The translations under genes and the position numbers were made by a program. A DNA stretch of 64,000 nucleotides from Kiritimatiellia bacterium (GTDB taxonomy: Bacteria > Verrucomicrobiota > Kiritimatiellia > RFP12 > UBA1067): NCBI GenBank assembly GCA_050949565.1, contig JBMNFY010000017.1, positions 64,001 to 128,000 on the forward strand. Direction: 5' to 3'. Shown here one piece after another: positions 20,549 to 30,690 of the stretch. The notes beneath the pieces were generated by a model. That model did not search any database. It was not told where the DNA came from and saw nothing but the letters and a program-made list of their open reading frames with translations. How positions within the stretch are numbered: the first letter of the stretch is position 1; every line of letters begins with the position of its first letter.

Positions 20549-21244
20549 ATGTTTTACGACCCTGTCTATTTCATGTTTCTCATTCCAGGACTGATCCTGG
20601 CAGGCATCGCGTCCCTGTTGGTCAAAACCACCTTCAGCCGCTATGCACGGGTTCGCTCATACTCGGGCATGACCGGTGCGCAGGCGGCTGAGCGCATGCT
20701 GCGCGCCAACGGCGTGTTTGACGTGCAGGTCGAGCAGACGCAGGGTTTCCTGTCAGATCATTACGATCCCACCCGCAAAGTGTTACGCCTCTCGCCGGAT
20801 GTGTACGGCAGCAACTCGCTCTCTGCCGTGGGTGTGGCCTGTCACGAAGCCGGGCACGCCCTGCAACACGCCGCCGCATACGCGCCGCTCACGCTCCGCA
20901 CGCTTCTGGTGCCGGCCACCAACTTCGCCAGCATGTTCGCCTTTTATGTTTTCTTTGCGGGATTGCTGTTCAATAGCCAGTCGCTGGTCTACATCGGTTG
21001 CGCGCTGTTTGCGGTCGGCTTTCTGTTTGCCGTGGTCACCCTGCCGGTCGAGTGGGATGCCAGCGCACGCGCCAAACAACACCTGGCGACAACCGGCATC
21101 GTCTCGCCCGATCAGGTGCAGCATGCCGGACGCGTACTCAACGCGGCCTTCCTGACCTATCTGGCCGGCGCAGTCAGTTCACTTTTGACGTTGCTGTATT
21201 TCATGTTCCGCGCGGGGTTACTTGGCGGACGCAGCAGAGATTAA
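20549..21244 (+). CDS. Membrane zinc metallopeptidase (YugP-like)
   Basis: LSDHYDP, HEAGHALQH, TLPVEWDASARA, AAFLTY; RBS AGGAGG. Confidence 0.92.
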   Translation: MFYDPVYFMFLIPGLILAGIASLLVKTTFSRYARVRSYSGMTGAQAAERMLRANGVFDVQVEQTQGFLSDHYDPTRKVLRLSPDVYGSNSLSAVGVACHEAGHALQHAAAYAPLTLRTLLVPATNFASMFAFYVFFAGLLFNSQSLVYIGCALFAVGFLFAVVTLPVEWDASARAKQHLATTGIVSPDQVQHAGRVLNAAFLTYLAGAVSSLLTLLYFMFRAGLLGGRSRD

Positions 21245-21261
21245 GGTAATCGGAGAACATC

Positions 21262-23142
21262 ATGAGCAAGAAAACCCGTGTCTTTAAAGCCGAAGTCCAG
21301 CAGGTGCTGGACCTGGTCATCCACTCCCTCTACTCGAAGAAAGAGATCTTCCTCCGCGAATTGATCTCCAATGCGTCGGACGCCATCGATCGCGCCCAGT
21401 ATCTGGGGCTGACCGACAAGTCGCTGATCGCCGATGCGCCGAATTGGAAGATCGACCTGATCGTGGACAAGGAGGACAAGACGCTGACGATCACCGACAA
21501 CGGCATCGGCATGAACGAGGAGGATCTCGACAAGAACCTCGGCGTCATCGCGAACTCCGGCACCAAGGCCTTCGCACAGGCACTGAAGGAGAAGCAGCAA
21601 ACCAATATCCCGGAGTTGATCGGGCAGTTCGGCGTGGGCTTCTACGCCGCGTTCATGGTCGCCGAATCGGTCACCGTGATCACGCTCAAGCGCGGCGAAG
21701 GGCAGAAGGCGGTCAAGTGGACATCGACAGGCACCGGCAGCTACACGCTGGAGGAGGCGGCGCGCGACAAACCGGGCACAACCATCGTGCTTAAGCTGCG
21801 CGAGGGCATGGAGGAGTTCCTGAACGAGTGGCGGCTGCACGAGCTGGTTAAGAAGTACTCCGACTTCATCGCGTATCCGATCCGCTTCAGTGACACCGGC
21901 GAGGCGCCTGCAGAAGACGCGCAGCCGTTCAACACCATGAAAGCGATTTGGAAGCGCCCCAAGAGCGAACTGACCGAGGAGGCGACCAACGAGTTTTACA
22001 CGCACCTCACGCACGACTACAACCCGCCGCTCAAGACCATCCCGATGTCGGTCGAAGGCGTGGTCGAGTTCAAGGCGCTGCTCTTCCTGCCCAAACAAGC
22101 GGGTATCGACCTGATGATGCCCAACAAGAAGTACGGGCTGCACCTCTACGTACGCAACGTCTTTATCGGTGCCGACTTCGACCTGCTATTGCCGGAGTAC
22201 CTGCGCTTTGTGAAGGGCGTCGTAGACTCCAGCGACCTGCCGCTCAATGTGTCGCGCGAGATGCTGCAAGATGACGCCGTCATCCGTAAGATCAAGAGCA
22301 ACATCACCGGCAAAGTGCTGAGCACGCTGGCGGAGATGATGGCCGACGAGCCGGAAACCTACACCGCCTTTTTCACCGCCTTCGGCCGCGTGCTCAAAGA
22401 GGGTCTGCATCACGACTACGAAAACGCTGACAAGCTCAAAGCGCTGATGATGTTCCGCTCGGCCACACGCGACGGCAACGCGCTGATCTCGCTGGCGGAC
22501 TATGTCAAGGCCATGCCCGAGACGCAGCAAGACATCTACTACCTGATCGCCGAAGATCTGGAGACCGCCAAACGTGCGCCGCACATTGAAGCACTGACCA
22601 AGCGCGGTTACGACGTGCTGCTTTTCACCGATCCGATCGACCAGTGGATCGCCGACACCCTGCGCGAATTCGAAGGCAAGAAGCTCGTCGCCGTTGATAA
22701 AGGCGCGCTGGAGGTCGGCACCGACGAGGAGAAGGCCGCCGCGAAAAAGAAGATCGAGACCGCGGCCGACGACTTCAAAGAGCTGACGGCGTTCATCCAG
22801 GAGCACCTCAAAGACCACGTCAAAGAGGTGCGTTTCTCACCACGCCTCACCGACTCCGCCTGTTGTCTGGTTGCTGACGAGAACGCCTTGAACCCCAGCA
22901 TGGAGCGATTGATGCGCGCCATGAACCAGGATGTGCCGAAACAGCTCCGTACACTGGAGTTGAATCCTGACCACGCCGTGATCGCACGCATGAAGAGCAT
23001 GCTGGAGGCCGACAAGGCCGATCCCCGTCTGGCCGATTTCGCCGACCTGCTTTTCGGTCAGGCGTTATTGGCAGAGGGTTCGGCACCGCAGAACCCGCAG
23101 CGCTTCACTCAGTTGGTCGCCGAGTTGATGACGCAAGTTTAA
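21262..23142 (+). CDS. htpG: Chaperone HtpG (Hsp90)
   Basis: FLRELISNASDA, DNGIGM, IGQFGVGFY, DLPLNVSRE, LELNPDH. Confidence 0.98.
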   Translation: MSKKTRVFKAEVQQVLDLVIHSLYSKKEIFLRELISNASDAIDRAQYLGLTDKSLIADAPNWKIDLIVDKEDKTLTITDNGIGMNEEDLDKNLGVIANSGTKAFAQALKEKQQTNIPELIGQFGVGFYAAFMVAESVTVITLKRGEGQKAVKWTSTGTGSYTLEEAARDKPGTTIVLKLREGMEEFLNEWRLHELVKKYSDFIAYPIRFSDTGEAPAEDAQPFNTMKAIWKRPKSELTEEATNEFYTHLTHDYNPPLKTIPMSVEGVVEFKALLFLPKQAGIDLMMPNKKYGLHLYVRNVFIGADFDLLLPEYLRFVKGVVDSSDLPLNVSREMLQDDAVIRKIKSNITGKVLSTLAEMMADEPETYTAFFTAFGRVLKEGLHHDYENADKLKALMMFRSATRDGNALISLADYVKAMPETQQDIYYLIAEDLETAKRAPHIEALTKRGYDVLLFTDPIDQWIADTLREFEGKKLVAVDKGALEVGTDEEKAAAKKKIETAADDFKELTAFIQEHLKDHVKEVRFSPRLTDSACCLVADENALNPSMERLMRAMNQDVPKQLRTLELNPDHAVIARMKSMLEADKADPRLADFADLLFGQALLAEGSAPQNPQRFTQLVAELMTQV

Positions 23143-23146
23143 GTTC

Positions 23147-24721
23147 ATGCTTGAACGCCTGATGAACCTGCTGAACAGCGACGTGGGGCCGGATCTGCTC
23201 CGGGCCCTGAAAGTCGTGTTTCTGGCAGTTCTGGCAGTCGCCACGTTCGGCATTCTCTACGCACCGACAGTCAAGCCCGGCAAGGTTACGAGCTATGGGT
23301 TGCTGCGCGTTCTATTTGCTGGTGCGCTGTTCGCGGTGCTGATCTATCAAGCCACCTGGCAAATATGGGGCTACACCAACCCCGATTTCGTCAAATTCAT
23401 GCGGCGTTACAACCGCCGTCCGGATGCCGCCGAAAAACAGGTGATGCGCGGGCCGCTATTGGACCGGCGTGGAATGGTGCTGGCCGCGCCGGTGATCGGC
23501 GATGTCTGGGGAAGACGCTATCCGCTGGGCGCGGCGGCGGCCCACCCCTTGGGCTATTATCACTCCACCTACGGCATCACCGCCGTGGAGCGCGTGTGCG
23601 ATCCGACCCTAAGCGGATATGCGATCGACAAGCGCGACGAAGCACTGGGCAAGATGTTGTTCACGCAACGCGCCGCCGAGGGAGAGGCCGTGACCTTGAC
23701 CCTTGACCAACGCTTGCAACAAAAAGCCTATGAGTTGCTTGCAGGTCGCAAAGGTGCTGTGGTGGTCATGCGGCCGCGTAGCGGGGCGCTGCTCGCACTG
23801 GTCAGTTCGCCGGGCTTCGATCCGTTGAATCCGGCCGAGGCGATCAGGGATGAGAAGAACACGCCCGCGTTTAACCGCGCGGTGCAGGGGCGCTATCCGC
23901 CCGGCTCTACCTTCAAAATCCTGATGGCCGCGTTGGCCATCGAGAAGGGTTTGCCGCAAGTCTATGCGTGTCCGGGGCAGGGATACGTTGCCGGATCGGG
24001 CACGCCGCCCATCCGGGACAGCGAGTATTATGCCTATCAGCGTAGGGGGGCGGTCTGGCCGGGCTGGGGTCGCATCGGGCTGAAAGATGCGACCGTCCAC
24101 TCCTCCAACGTCTATTTCGCCCAGCTCGGGGTCGCATCGGGGCCTAAGGCGTTCAACGACATGATGGCCAAGGCGCACATCCGCGAGCCGCTCACCTATC
24201 TGCGGGCCAGCGGCGGCGAGCTTAAAAGCGCGCGCGGCCATGTGCCCGAGGTCACCAAGGCGCGCACGATCGCACTGCTGGCGATCGGTCAGGGCGAACT
24301 CTTGACCACCCCGCTGCACGTGGCTTGCTTCACTGCGGCTGTCGCCGCCGACGGGCGGATGATGCGTCCGCGCCTCTGCCAGGCTGAGCCGATCGAAGAG
24401 ATGTCACGGCTCTGTAGTGTCAAGACAGCCGAGCAACTCCGCGCGATCCTACGCGAGGCAGTCAGTCGCGGCACCGGCAAAGGCGTCGATCTCCCGGGGC
24501 TCAACGTCTGTGGCAAGACTGGCACCGCGCAGGCGCCGGGCGGAGAAGACCATGCTTGGTTCACCTGCTTTGCTCCACAGCGCAAGCCGAACATCGTCGT
24601 CACGGTTTTGATTGAGCGCGGTGGCTTCGGCGCTAAAGCAGCGCTACCCGTAGCGCGTGCCCTGCTCCAAGAAGCCGATCGCCTCGGGTACGTGCGCATT
24701 GGCGAGGAGGCCGCGCCGTGA
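23147..24721 (+). CDS. Class B penicillin-binding transpeptidase (PbpA-like)
   Basis: SxxK (PGSTFK), SxN (SSN), KTG (GKTGTAQ); overlaps the SEDS gene. Confidence 0.9.
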   Translation: MLERLMNLLNSDVGPDLLRALKVVFLAVLAVATFGILYAPTVKPGKVTSYGLLRVLFAGALFAVLIYQATWQIWGYTNPDFVKFMRRYNRRPDAAEKQVMRGPLLDRRGMVLAAPVIGDVWGRRYPLGAAAAHPLGYYHSTYGITAVERVCDPTLSGYAIDKRDEALGKMLFTQRAAEGEAVTLTLDQRLQQKAYELLAGRKGAVVVMRPRSGALLALVSSPGFDPLNPAEAIRDEKNTPAFNRAVQGRYPPGSTFKILMAALAIEKGLPQVYACPGQGYVAGSGTPPIRDSEYYAYQRRGAVWPGWGRIGLKDATVHSSNVYFAQLGVASGPKAFNDMMAKAHIREPLTYLRASGGELKSARGHVPEVTKARTIALLAIGQGELLTTPLHVACFTAAVAADGRMMRPRLCQAEPIEEMSRLCSVKTAEQLRAILREAVSRGTGKGVDLPGLNVCGKTGTAQAPGGEDHAWFTCFAPQRKPNIVVTVLIERGGFGAKAALPVARALLQEADRLGYVRIGEEAAP

Positions 24722-26004
24722 GCCGGAAAAAGAAAAAAAAGCAAGCCCTGGGACCGGTCGGAACCGCCACGGGACTCTTCCTGCTCTCGGCGTTTGCCGT
24801 CGCCTGTGCCTGCTTGGCGATCCTCGGCGTCAAGCTCTCCAATGCGCCGGTCTTGCAGGTGGAGCCGCTGATCCCGTTGGCCGTGTATGCGGTCGGCGTG
24901 CCGCTGATCCTGCTCTGGCTCAAGCTTTCCGGCTGGAAGGGTGACGCCGGTCTGGTCGGTGCCGTGTTTCTGCTCTGCGGCATCGGTCTGGTCATCCAGT
25001 TCCGCATGGGGAGCTTCGCGCAGGGATTGGCCAAGCCTGCGACGATGCTGCCCTTACCGCTCGGGCTGGCCGCCTTTATGGTCGGCACCCTGTTGACCGG
25101 CAAAGGTCGGGGCGCTTGGCTCGCCAAAGCAGGTTGGCTGGCCTACCTTGTGGCGCTGGGCGTGCTGGCGGCCATGCTGCTGCTGGGACGCAGCTTCCGT
25201 GGTGGCACGTATCTGGCCGGCAATCTCAACCCGTCAGAGATTGTGAAGCCGTTGCTGGTGCTTTTTCTGGCTTCTTATCTGAGCCGCCATCAGAAGGCCT
25301 TCTCCGAGACGCAGAAGGGCATTCCTGTCCCACCGTTGCACGCGTTGTTGGGTCTCGTCGCGCTGTGGGCCATCCCGATGCTGATGACAATCGCGCTGAA
25401 AGACCTGGGACTCATGGCCCTGCTCAATGCCGTGCTGATCGTGATGCTGTTCGCGATTGCGCGCAGCACCGGCTACCTGGCGATCGGCCTGGCGGCTGTT
25501 GCGGCGGCGGGCTTCGGCGTGCAGCTTATCTCAGCCAACGCCCGGACACGTTGCGATGTCTGGCTCAACCCATTCGCCGATCCGACCGGCAAAGGCTGGC
25601 AGATTCTTCAAGCGTTAGCCGCCATGTACTCGGGCGGATTGTGGGGTGCCGGGCTCGGCGCGGGCGTGCCGCAGTCCGTGCCCATCGTCACATCGGACTT
25701 CGTCTACGCAGCGGTGGCTGAAGAGATCGGACTGGTCGGCTGCGCCCTGCTGCTGATCGTTTACGCCACGCTCTTCTCGCGCGGACTGCGCGCGGCTGGC
25801 GCGACAAAAACACCCTTCGAGCGGTTGCTGTGCGTGGGCCTGACCGCCTCGCTGGCGACACAGACGATCTTCAACGTCGCCGGCGTCACCAAAGCGCTGC
25901 CGATGACCGGCATCACGCTGCCGCTGATCAGCCACGGCGGCAGCAGCCTGATCACCACCCTGCTGATCGCCGGCATGCTCACCGGCCTCTCCGACCGCAA
26001 GTAA
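24718..26004 (+). CDS. FtsW/RodA/SpoVE family SEDS protein
   Basis: Polytopic; NPSEIVK, KDLG, TSDFVYAAVAEEIG, PMTGITLPLISHGGSS. Confidence 0.92.
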   Translation: MSRKKKKKQALGPVGTATGLFLLSAFAVACACLAILGVKLSNAPVLQVEPLIPLAVYAVGVPLILLWLKLSGWKGDAGLVGAVFLLCGIGLVIQFRMGSFAQGLAKPATMLPLPLGLAAFMVGTLLTGKGRGAWLAKAGWLAYLVALGVLAAMLLLGRSFRGGTYLAGNLNPSEIVKPLLVLFLASYLSRHQKAFSETQKGIPVPPLHALLGLVALWAIPMLMTIALKDLGLMALLNAVLIVMLFAIARSTGYLAIGLAAVAAAGFGVQLISANARTRCDVWLNPFADPTGKGWQILQALAAMYSGGLWGAGLGAGVPQSVPIVTSDFVYAAVAEEIGLVGCALLLIVYATLFSRGLRAAGATKTPFERLLCVGLTASLATQTIFNVAGVTKALPMTGITLPLISHGGSSLITTLLIAGMLTGLSDRK

Positions 26005-26038
26005 ACGCCGCTCTGACGGCTGCGGCACCATACCGCCA

Positions 26039-27814
26039 TCAGCGGGCGAGAATCGCTGCGGCCAACTCCCGCCGCGCGTCGTACAGGGCTTTCGGATCGC
26101 GCGTGTACCCCCACCACGTCGGGGCGATGCGGTCAACGATTTTCTGCACGGCCGCAGCTCCGGCGCGCCGTTCGAGCAGAACGAAATATTCGTAGTCCTC
26201 CATGCCATCGCGGAGGTTTTTCAGCCGCATGCTGGCGACCGGCCCCTTGATCCCGCACGGGACGCCGGGATAAAACAGGTACCCGCCGCCGTTGAAGTGC
26301 CGCGGATGCGCGAATGCCGGATTGTACCACGGCTCGATCACCCGCTGTACGGTGCTCCAGTAAAGCAACCCCGTGATACCGTACTGCCGGTTGATCCAGG
26401 TAGGCACACGGTAAACCAGCAACGGCCGGTCGATATGCCAATAGGGCGGGTCCTTCTCGCGTACCTCTTCGTACGCGGGGTGATAACGCGGCGACCGCTG
26501 CACCAGCGCGGTGTACGACCAGACGGAATCGCCTTGCTTGAGTTTCTGATTGACCGTCTCGCGATCGATAAACGACCAAAGCGGGCACCAAATGTCGACC
26601 GCCGGATCGATATCGGGCCAAGCCGGATCGTGAGGATAGGTCTGCTCGACAACGAGGCATTTCAACTCGGGCGCAGCTTGGTGCACGATCTCGGCCAGAA
26701 CCAGCACCTGCTCGTAATTTTCGGCAGTGTTGGGCTCGTCAAGAAGGTAGACGTACGCCCGGTCCGCCCAGCCGTTCGATTTGACGTACTGGTAGTAATC
26801 GCGGTAATAGCGCAGGGCTTTTTCGCGCTGGTCGGGCGGGACGGTCTTGTAGTTAGCGTTTGTGGTGGAATGCGGCAGGCGTCCGAAAGGCGAGGACGGG
26901 ATTTCGAAATCGGTCACATGCAGCTTTTCGATGAACGCGCGCAGCGCCTCGTGCCTGTTCGTGTCGATGGTCAGCGAACCGTCCGGATTCGCCTGCGGCA
27001 GCAGGCGGCTGGGCAGAGGCGGGTTGAGGCGGTGCTCGGCCATAGCTTCGCAGTAGCGGGCTTCGATCTCACGGAACTCGTCCGAGTTGTACTTCACGCC
27101 GAAGACCGAGGCAATCCCCCAAAAGCCGCCGAAATGATTGCAATGGGTCGGGCCGTCGGGCAGGTCGAAGTCCCAGACGGTCAGCGTGACCGGAAGCTCG
27201 GCTTTACCCTTATCGGTAGACACCCGGACCGTGCCGCGATAGACACCTGCCGGCACCCCCTTGGGCACATGGACGTCGATCCAAAGGGGTTGGTTCTGTC
27301 CCGCAAACACGTCGAACGGCACGGCGTACATGTCGTTACCAGTAGTGATCAGAGGCTCGCCCCAACGTTCGCGCCGCTGGGAAAACGGCTCGATGGGTTT
27401 GCCGGTAACCGGATCAATAAACGGAACGAGCGCGTCCGGGTACAGCCCCGGCGGCAACTCCGCCCGCGGCGTGGACAGACGGACGCGCACATACTCCTCC
27501 CGGTACAGCTTGATGCGGTCGCCGGGAATCTTCGCGCCCCCTTCGCCCACCAGTTCGGGAAGCGTGACTGAGGTCACCCGCAGGTTTTGATCCCGTGCAG
27601 CCACGACCACCTGAAACGATTCGACCTCGTTACGTGCGGCGGCGATCTCCACCGCCGAAGCTCCAAAGGGCGCCTCGTGTTGGAGAATGCGTTCCATGGC
27701 GTGGAGCGCGGTGAGCCCGACGACAGGCCGCTCCGCAGCCGGAGCCGTGGCGGTCAATAAAACCGATGACACAACCAAAAGCAGTAAACTTCGCATAATC
27801 AAACATCCCTTCAC
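26039..27814 (-). CDS. Secreted DUF4091/GH123-like glycoside hydrolase
   Basis: Signal peptide; AARNEVESFQ, YPDALVP, LDEP, GLLYW, SMRLKNLRDGMEDYEY. Confidence 0.8.
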   Translation of the reverse strand: MKGCLIMRSLLLLVVSSVLLTATAPAAERPVVGLTALHAMERILQHEAPFGASAVEIAAARNEVESFQVVVAARDQNLRVTSVTLPELVGEGGAKIPGDRIKLYREEYVRVRLSTPRAELPPGLYPDALVPFIDPVTGKPIEPFSQRRERWGEPLITTGNDMYAVPFDVFAGQNQPLWIDVHVPKGVPAGVYRGTVRVSTDKGKAELPVTLTVWDFDLPDGPTHCNHFGGFWGIASVFGVKYNSDEFREIEARYCEAMAEHRLNPPLPSRLLPQANPDGSLTIDTNRHEALRAFIEKLHVTDFEIPSSPFGRLPHSTTNANYKTVPPDQREKALRYYRDYYQYVKSNGWADRAYVYLLDEPNTAENYEQVLVLAEIVHQAAPELKCLVVEQTYPHDPAWPDIDPAVDIWCPLWSFIDRETVNQKLKQGDSVWSYTALVQRSPRYHPAYEEVREKDPPYWHIDRPLLVYRVPTWINRQYGITGLLYWSTVQRVIEPWYNPAFAHPRHFNGGGYLFYPGVPCGIKGPVASMRLKNLRDGMEDYEYFVLLERRAGAAAVQKIVDRIAPTWWGYTRDPKALYDARRELAAAILAR

Positions 27815-27888
27815 GTATCGCTTCTTAAAGCGATTTCACAAGCGTACCTCATGACGCCTCGTCAATCGATCAAAAAATTCTACGCCGA

Positions 27889-28542
27889 CTATCCCGCGTA
27901 TTCCACCAGCTGCGTAATGCCGTGATACAGATAGCGGCCCCAGCCACAGGTGAAGACCAGTTGCCCGCACACCGCATGCTCCAGATTGGAGGCTTGCAGG
28001 CAACCCGTCGTGCGGAAGGTCCGATTGAACATCGCACCGCCCGCCAGCGTCAGCAGCAATGCCCAGGGATTGAGAAAGACCAAGTGCGCCAAGCTGAACG
28101 CCACGGTGCCGACCATGTGTCGCGTCCGTTCACTGGCAAACAGCGGCGCGTAACGCGCATAGAAAAGTGCACGATACAGGACACCTTGCGGAAAGACCGA
28201 AAGCAACGGGTAGAAGACCATAACCAAAGCCCAGAGGCGCGGTGAGCGGCGCGGCATTTCCAGGAACAATCCGGGATCCATCAGCAGGATTCCTCCCGCC
28301 AGCACAGCAGCCGCCGCAAGCAGGCGTACCCCGAGCCACAACGCCTGCACGCGGTTGATGCGCCAGCCGAAAAACTCGCGCCTCCCCCACCCTTCGCGCT
28401 TCACAAGATACATAGCCGCCGGACAGGCCGCCACCCACAGCACCGGCAGTACGGGAAAACCACCTATCATGAGACGAATAACCGCCAGCAACAGCGGCAG
28501 TCCCACATACAGCAACACACATTCCCATCCCAAACGATTCAT
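27889..28542 (-). CDS. CPBP/Abi-family intramembrane protease-like protein
   Basis: YPLLSVFPQGVLYR, FSLAH, EHAVCG; multiple TM helices. Confidence 0.75.
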   Translation of the reverse strand: MNRLGWECVLLYVGLPLLLAVIRLMIGGFPVLPVLWVAACPAAMYLVKREGWGRREFFGWRINRVQALWLGVRLLAAAAVLAGGILLMDPGLFLEMPRRSPRLWALVMVFYPLLSVFPQGVLYRALFYARYAPLFASERTRHMVGTVAFSLAHLVFLNPWALLLTLAGGAMFNRTFRTTGCLQASNLEHAVCGQLVFTCGWGRYLYHGITQLVEYAG

Positions 28543-28551
28543 GCAACCACC

Positions 28552-28581
28552 AACTTGGGTCGCGGGCTCCGCCCGCATTAG
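28552..28581. repeat. 30-bp hairpin repeat, second copy at 59836-59865
   Basis: AACTTGGGT[CT]GCGGGCT[CT]CGCCCGC[AG]TTAG; 27/30 identical; both copies lie at the 3' end of minus-strand genes. Confidence 0.75.
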
Positions 28582-28594
28582 CTTATTACCGTGC

Positions 28595-29347
28595 TTATCG
28601 CATGAACAACTGCGTTGAGAAAAGGGCGTACGTATACAGGCCGAGCGACATGGCCTGCAGAACGGCCTCGGGTCCGGGCGGCGGGAAGTATCCCGCGACA
28701 CCGTGGCGGCGGGCGAGGTAGCTTCGGACAGTCCGACGGACAGCCTCATCGGGCGACGTGTCAAACGCGACAATCTCCGATATATGGCCGCACCATGACT
28801 GCCGCCATGAAGCGCATGCCGAGACCCCGCCTATCCGAAGGTCGCAGCCGGGCACGGCCTGCGCGAAATCAACCTCCACGATATGCCGCCCGTCGGGAAA
28901 CGTCCACACCGGTTGGCCGTTGACGCGTACGGAAAGCCCTCCGGCATCCTCGGGGTCGTAGGTCAGCGGCAAAGCACGGGCAGCCACTGTCACAGACGCC
29001 CCGGGGGCCTCGACAAGTGCGGCAAAGTGGTTGGATGATTCTGCCGGACACGCTACGATGAAGAGCGTCGAAACCGAAATGGCGCTGGAGCAGAACGGCG
29101 AGGCCGGGGCGCCCGGCGTATCGAACGTGATCCCCTCCGTTTCCAACGCGGGCAATCCCCAAGACGTCGCCCCCGCGATGGCCGGGCTCCATGCCGCCCC
29201 TTCGCGCAAAGATATCCATGACAGCACACAACCGTCCGCATTCACGAGCACCCTGTCCGCGACAGCCTCGCATTGCGACACCACGGCGGCAGACGCATGA
29301 AAAGCGCCTAAAAAGCACAGCAAAACACCCATCAGCATCGTCATCAT
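28595..29347 (-). CDS. Secreted hypothetical protein (LamG-like C-terminal half)
   Basis: Signal peptide; WCGHISEIVAFD...VRSYLARR; start overlaps the upstream stop. Confidence 0.7.
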   Translation of the reverse strand: MMTMLMGVLLCFLGAFHASAAVVSQCEAVADRVLVNADGCVLSWISLREGAAWSPAIAGATSWGLPALETEGITFDTPGAPASPFCSSAISVSTLFIVACPAESSNHFAALVEAPGASVTVAARALPLTYDPEDAGGLSVRVNGQPVWTFPDGRHIVEVDFAQAVPGCDLRIGGVSACASWRQSWCGHISEIVAFDTSPDEAVRRTVRSYLARRHGVAGYFPPPGPEAVLQAMSLGLYTYALFSTQLFMR

Positions 29348-30645
29348 TTTTCATCCTTCCTCTCTTGTTGACACTCCCACTTTGGATCAACGATGTCGCC
29401 GATGATCCGCAGACAATCGGGGTCGGTCTCGAGAACCTTGACGCGGTTGAGGAAGTGCGAATACCGCAGCGACTCGCGGGACGGGCGGTCGATGGAACGG
29501 TCTATCCAGCTATGTGTTTTCAATTTTTTCGATCCGGATCTGGCATACCACGCCTTCCTCTCTTCAAGGGGGAAACTCTTGACCACGGTCTCTGCGAGAA
29601 CCGTCATCGGCACGGGCGAGGCCATCACGTAGGCGCGGAACGTGGCCTCGCGGTAATGGTTGGTCGGCGCGAGCAAGGCCTGATGCAGGATGTTGGTGAT
29701 CTCCGGCGAGTCCCCGTTCCGCCAGAGGATGCCGAGAAGCTCCGCGACATATTCCGACGTCCCCTCGGACGTCCGCGCGAGCGGCGTATCCCGCGACAGG
29801 AGTTCTGCCCCGATCAGGCCGATCATCCCCCCGTCCCTGCCGTGCGCCAGCCTCGCGTTGACGGTTCGCAGCGAGTCGTCCGCCTCGTACCACGGCCGCG
29901 CTGTCGGGGCGACCCAGGAAATAAACTGCGCGGCTCCGTTGGGCGCGACGCGCCTCTCCCCTCCCTCCTTCCCGCCGCCCGGCGCCGGCGTCGGGAAAGC
30001 CTCCCGCCCGGGATCGAAGGGATTCCCGATGACCCGCAGACACTCGGGGTCTGTTTCAAGGGCCTTGGCCCGGTTCAGGAAGTGCGAATACCGCAGCACC
30101 TCCCGTGACGGGCGGTCGAGGAGGCTGTCCTCCCAGGAATTCCCGTACAGGGCCTTCTCCCCGGCTGCGGCGTACCACGCTTTCCGCTGTCCTGCGGGGA
30201 ACTCCTTGACCACCGTTTCCGCAAGAAACGTCATCGGCACGGGCGAGGCCATGATGTAGGCGTGCAGGATGATATCGAGGTAGAGGTTCTTCGGCGTGAG
30301 CAGTGCCCGATGCAGGGTGTTGGTGATCTCCGGGGAATCTCCGCTCCGGTGAAGCGCTTCGGAAATTCTCGTGATATATTTCTTGGTACCCGGAAGGGTT
30401 GACGCAAGCGGGCACTGTTCTCCGACCAGCCCCTCTTTCATGATCCGGATCATCCCGGCCGAGTTCCCAAGGTTGCACCCCGCATTCAGCGACTCCAGCG
30501 AGCCGTCCGGTTCATACCACGGCCTCGTCGTCGGGGCCACCTTATGGATACGCGTGCCGGAATCTGTCGGGCTTGTGTATTGCCCAAAAGAAACCCAACA
30601 CATGCCGAATATCAACGCGGTCAAAAAAATACACCTTGTTATCAT
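29344..30645 (-). CDS. Secreted two-repeat helical protein (partner/immunity-like paralog 3)
   Basis: RBS AGGAGG, signal peptide MITRCIFLTALIFGMCWVSFG; internal ~200-aa duplication; near-identical to 30691..32040. Confidence 0.8.
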   Translation of the reverse strand: MITRCIFLTALIFGMCWVSFGQYTSPTDSGTRIHKVAPTTRPWYEPDGSLESLNAGCNLGNSAGMIRIMKEGLVGEQCPLASTLPGTKKYITRISEALHRSGDSPEITNTLHRALLTPKNLYLDIILHAYIMASPVPMTFLAETVVKEFPAGQRKAWYAAAGEKALYGNSWEDSLLDRPSREVLRYSHFLNRAKALETDPECLRVIGNPFDPGREAFPTPAPGGGKEGGERRVAPNGAAQFISWVAPTARPWYEADDSLRTVNARLAHGRDGGMIGLIGAELLSRDTPLARTSEGTSEYVAELLGILWRNGDSPEITNILHQALLAPTNHYREATFRAYVMASPVPMTVLAETVVKSFPLEERKAWYARSGSKKLKTHSWIDRSIDRPSRESLRYSHFLNRVKVLETDPDCLRIIGDIVDPKWECQQERKDEK

Positions 30646-30690
30646 TGCTTCCTCCTTTGTTTTCATCACACAGGATTTCGGCAAGCGCAT

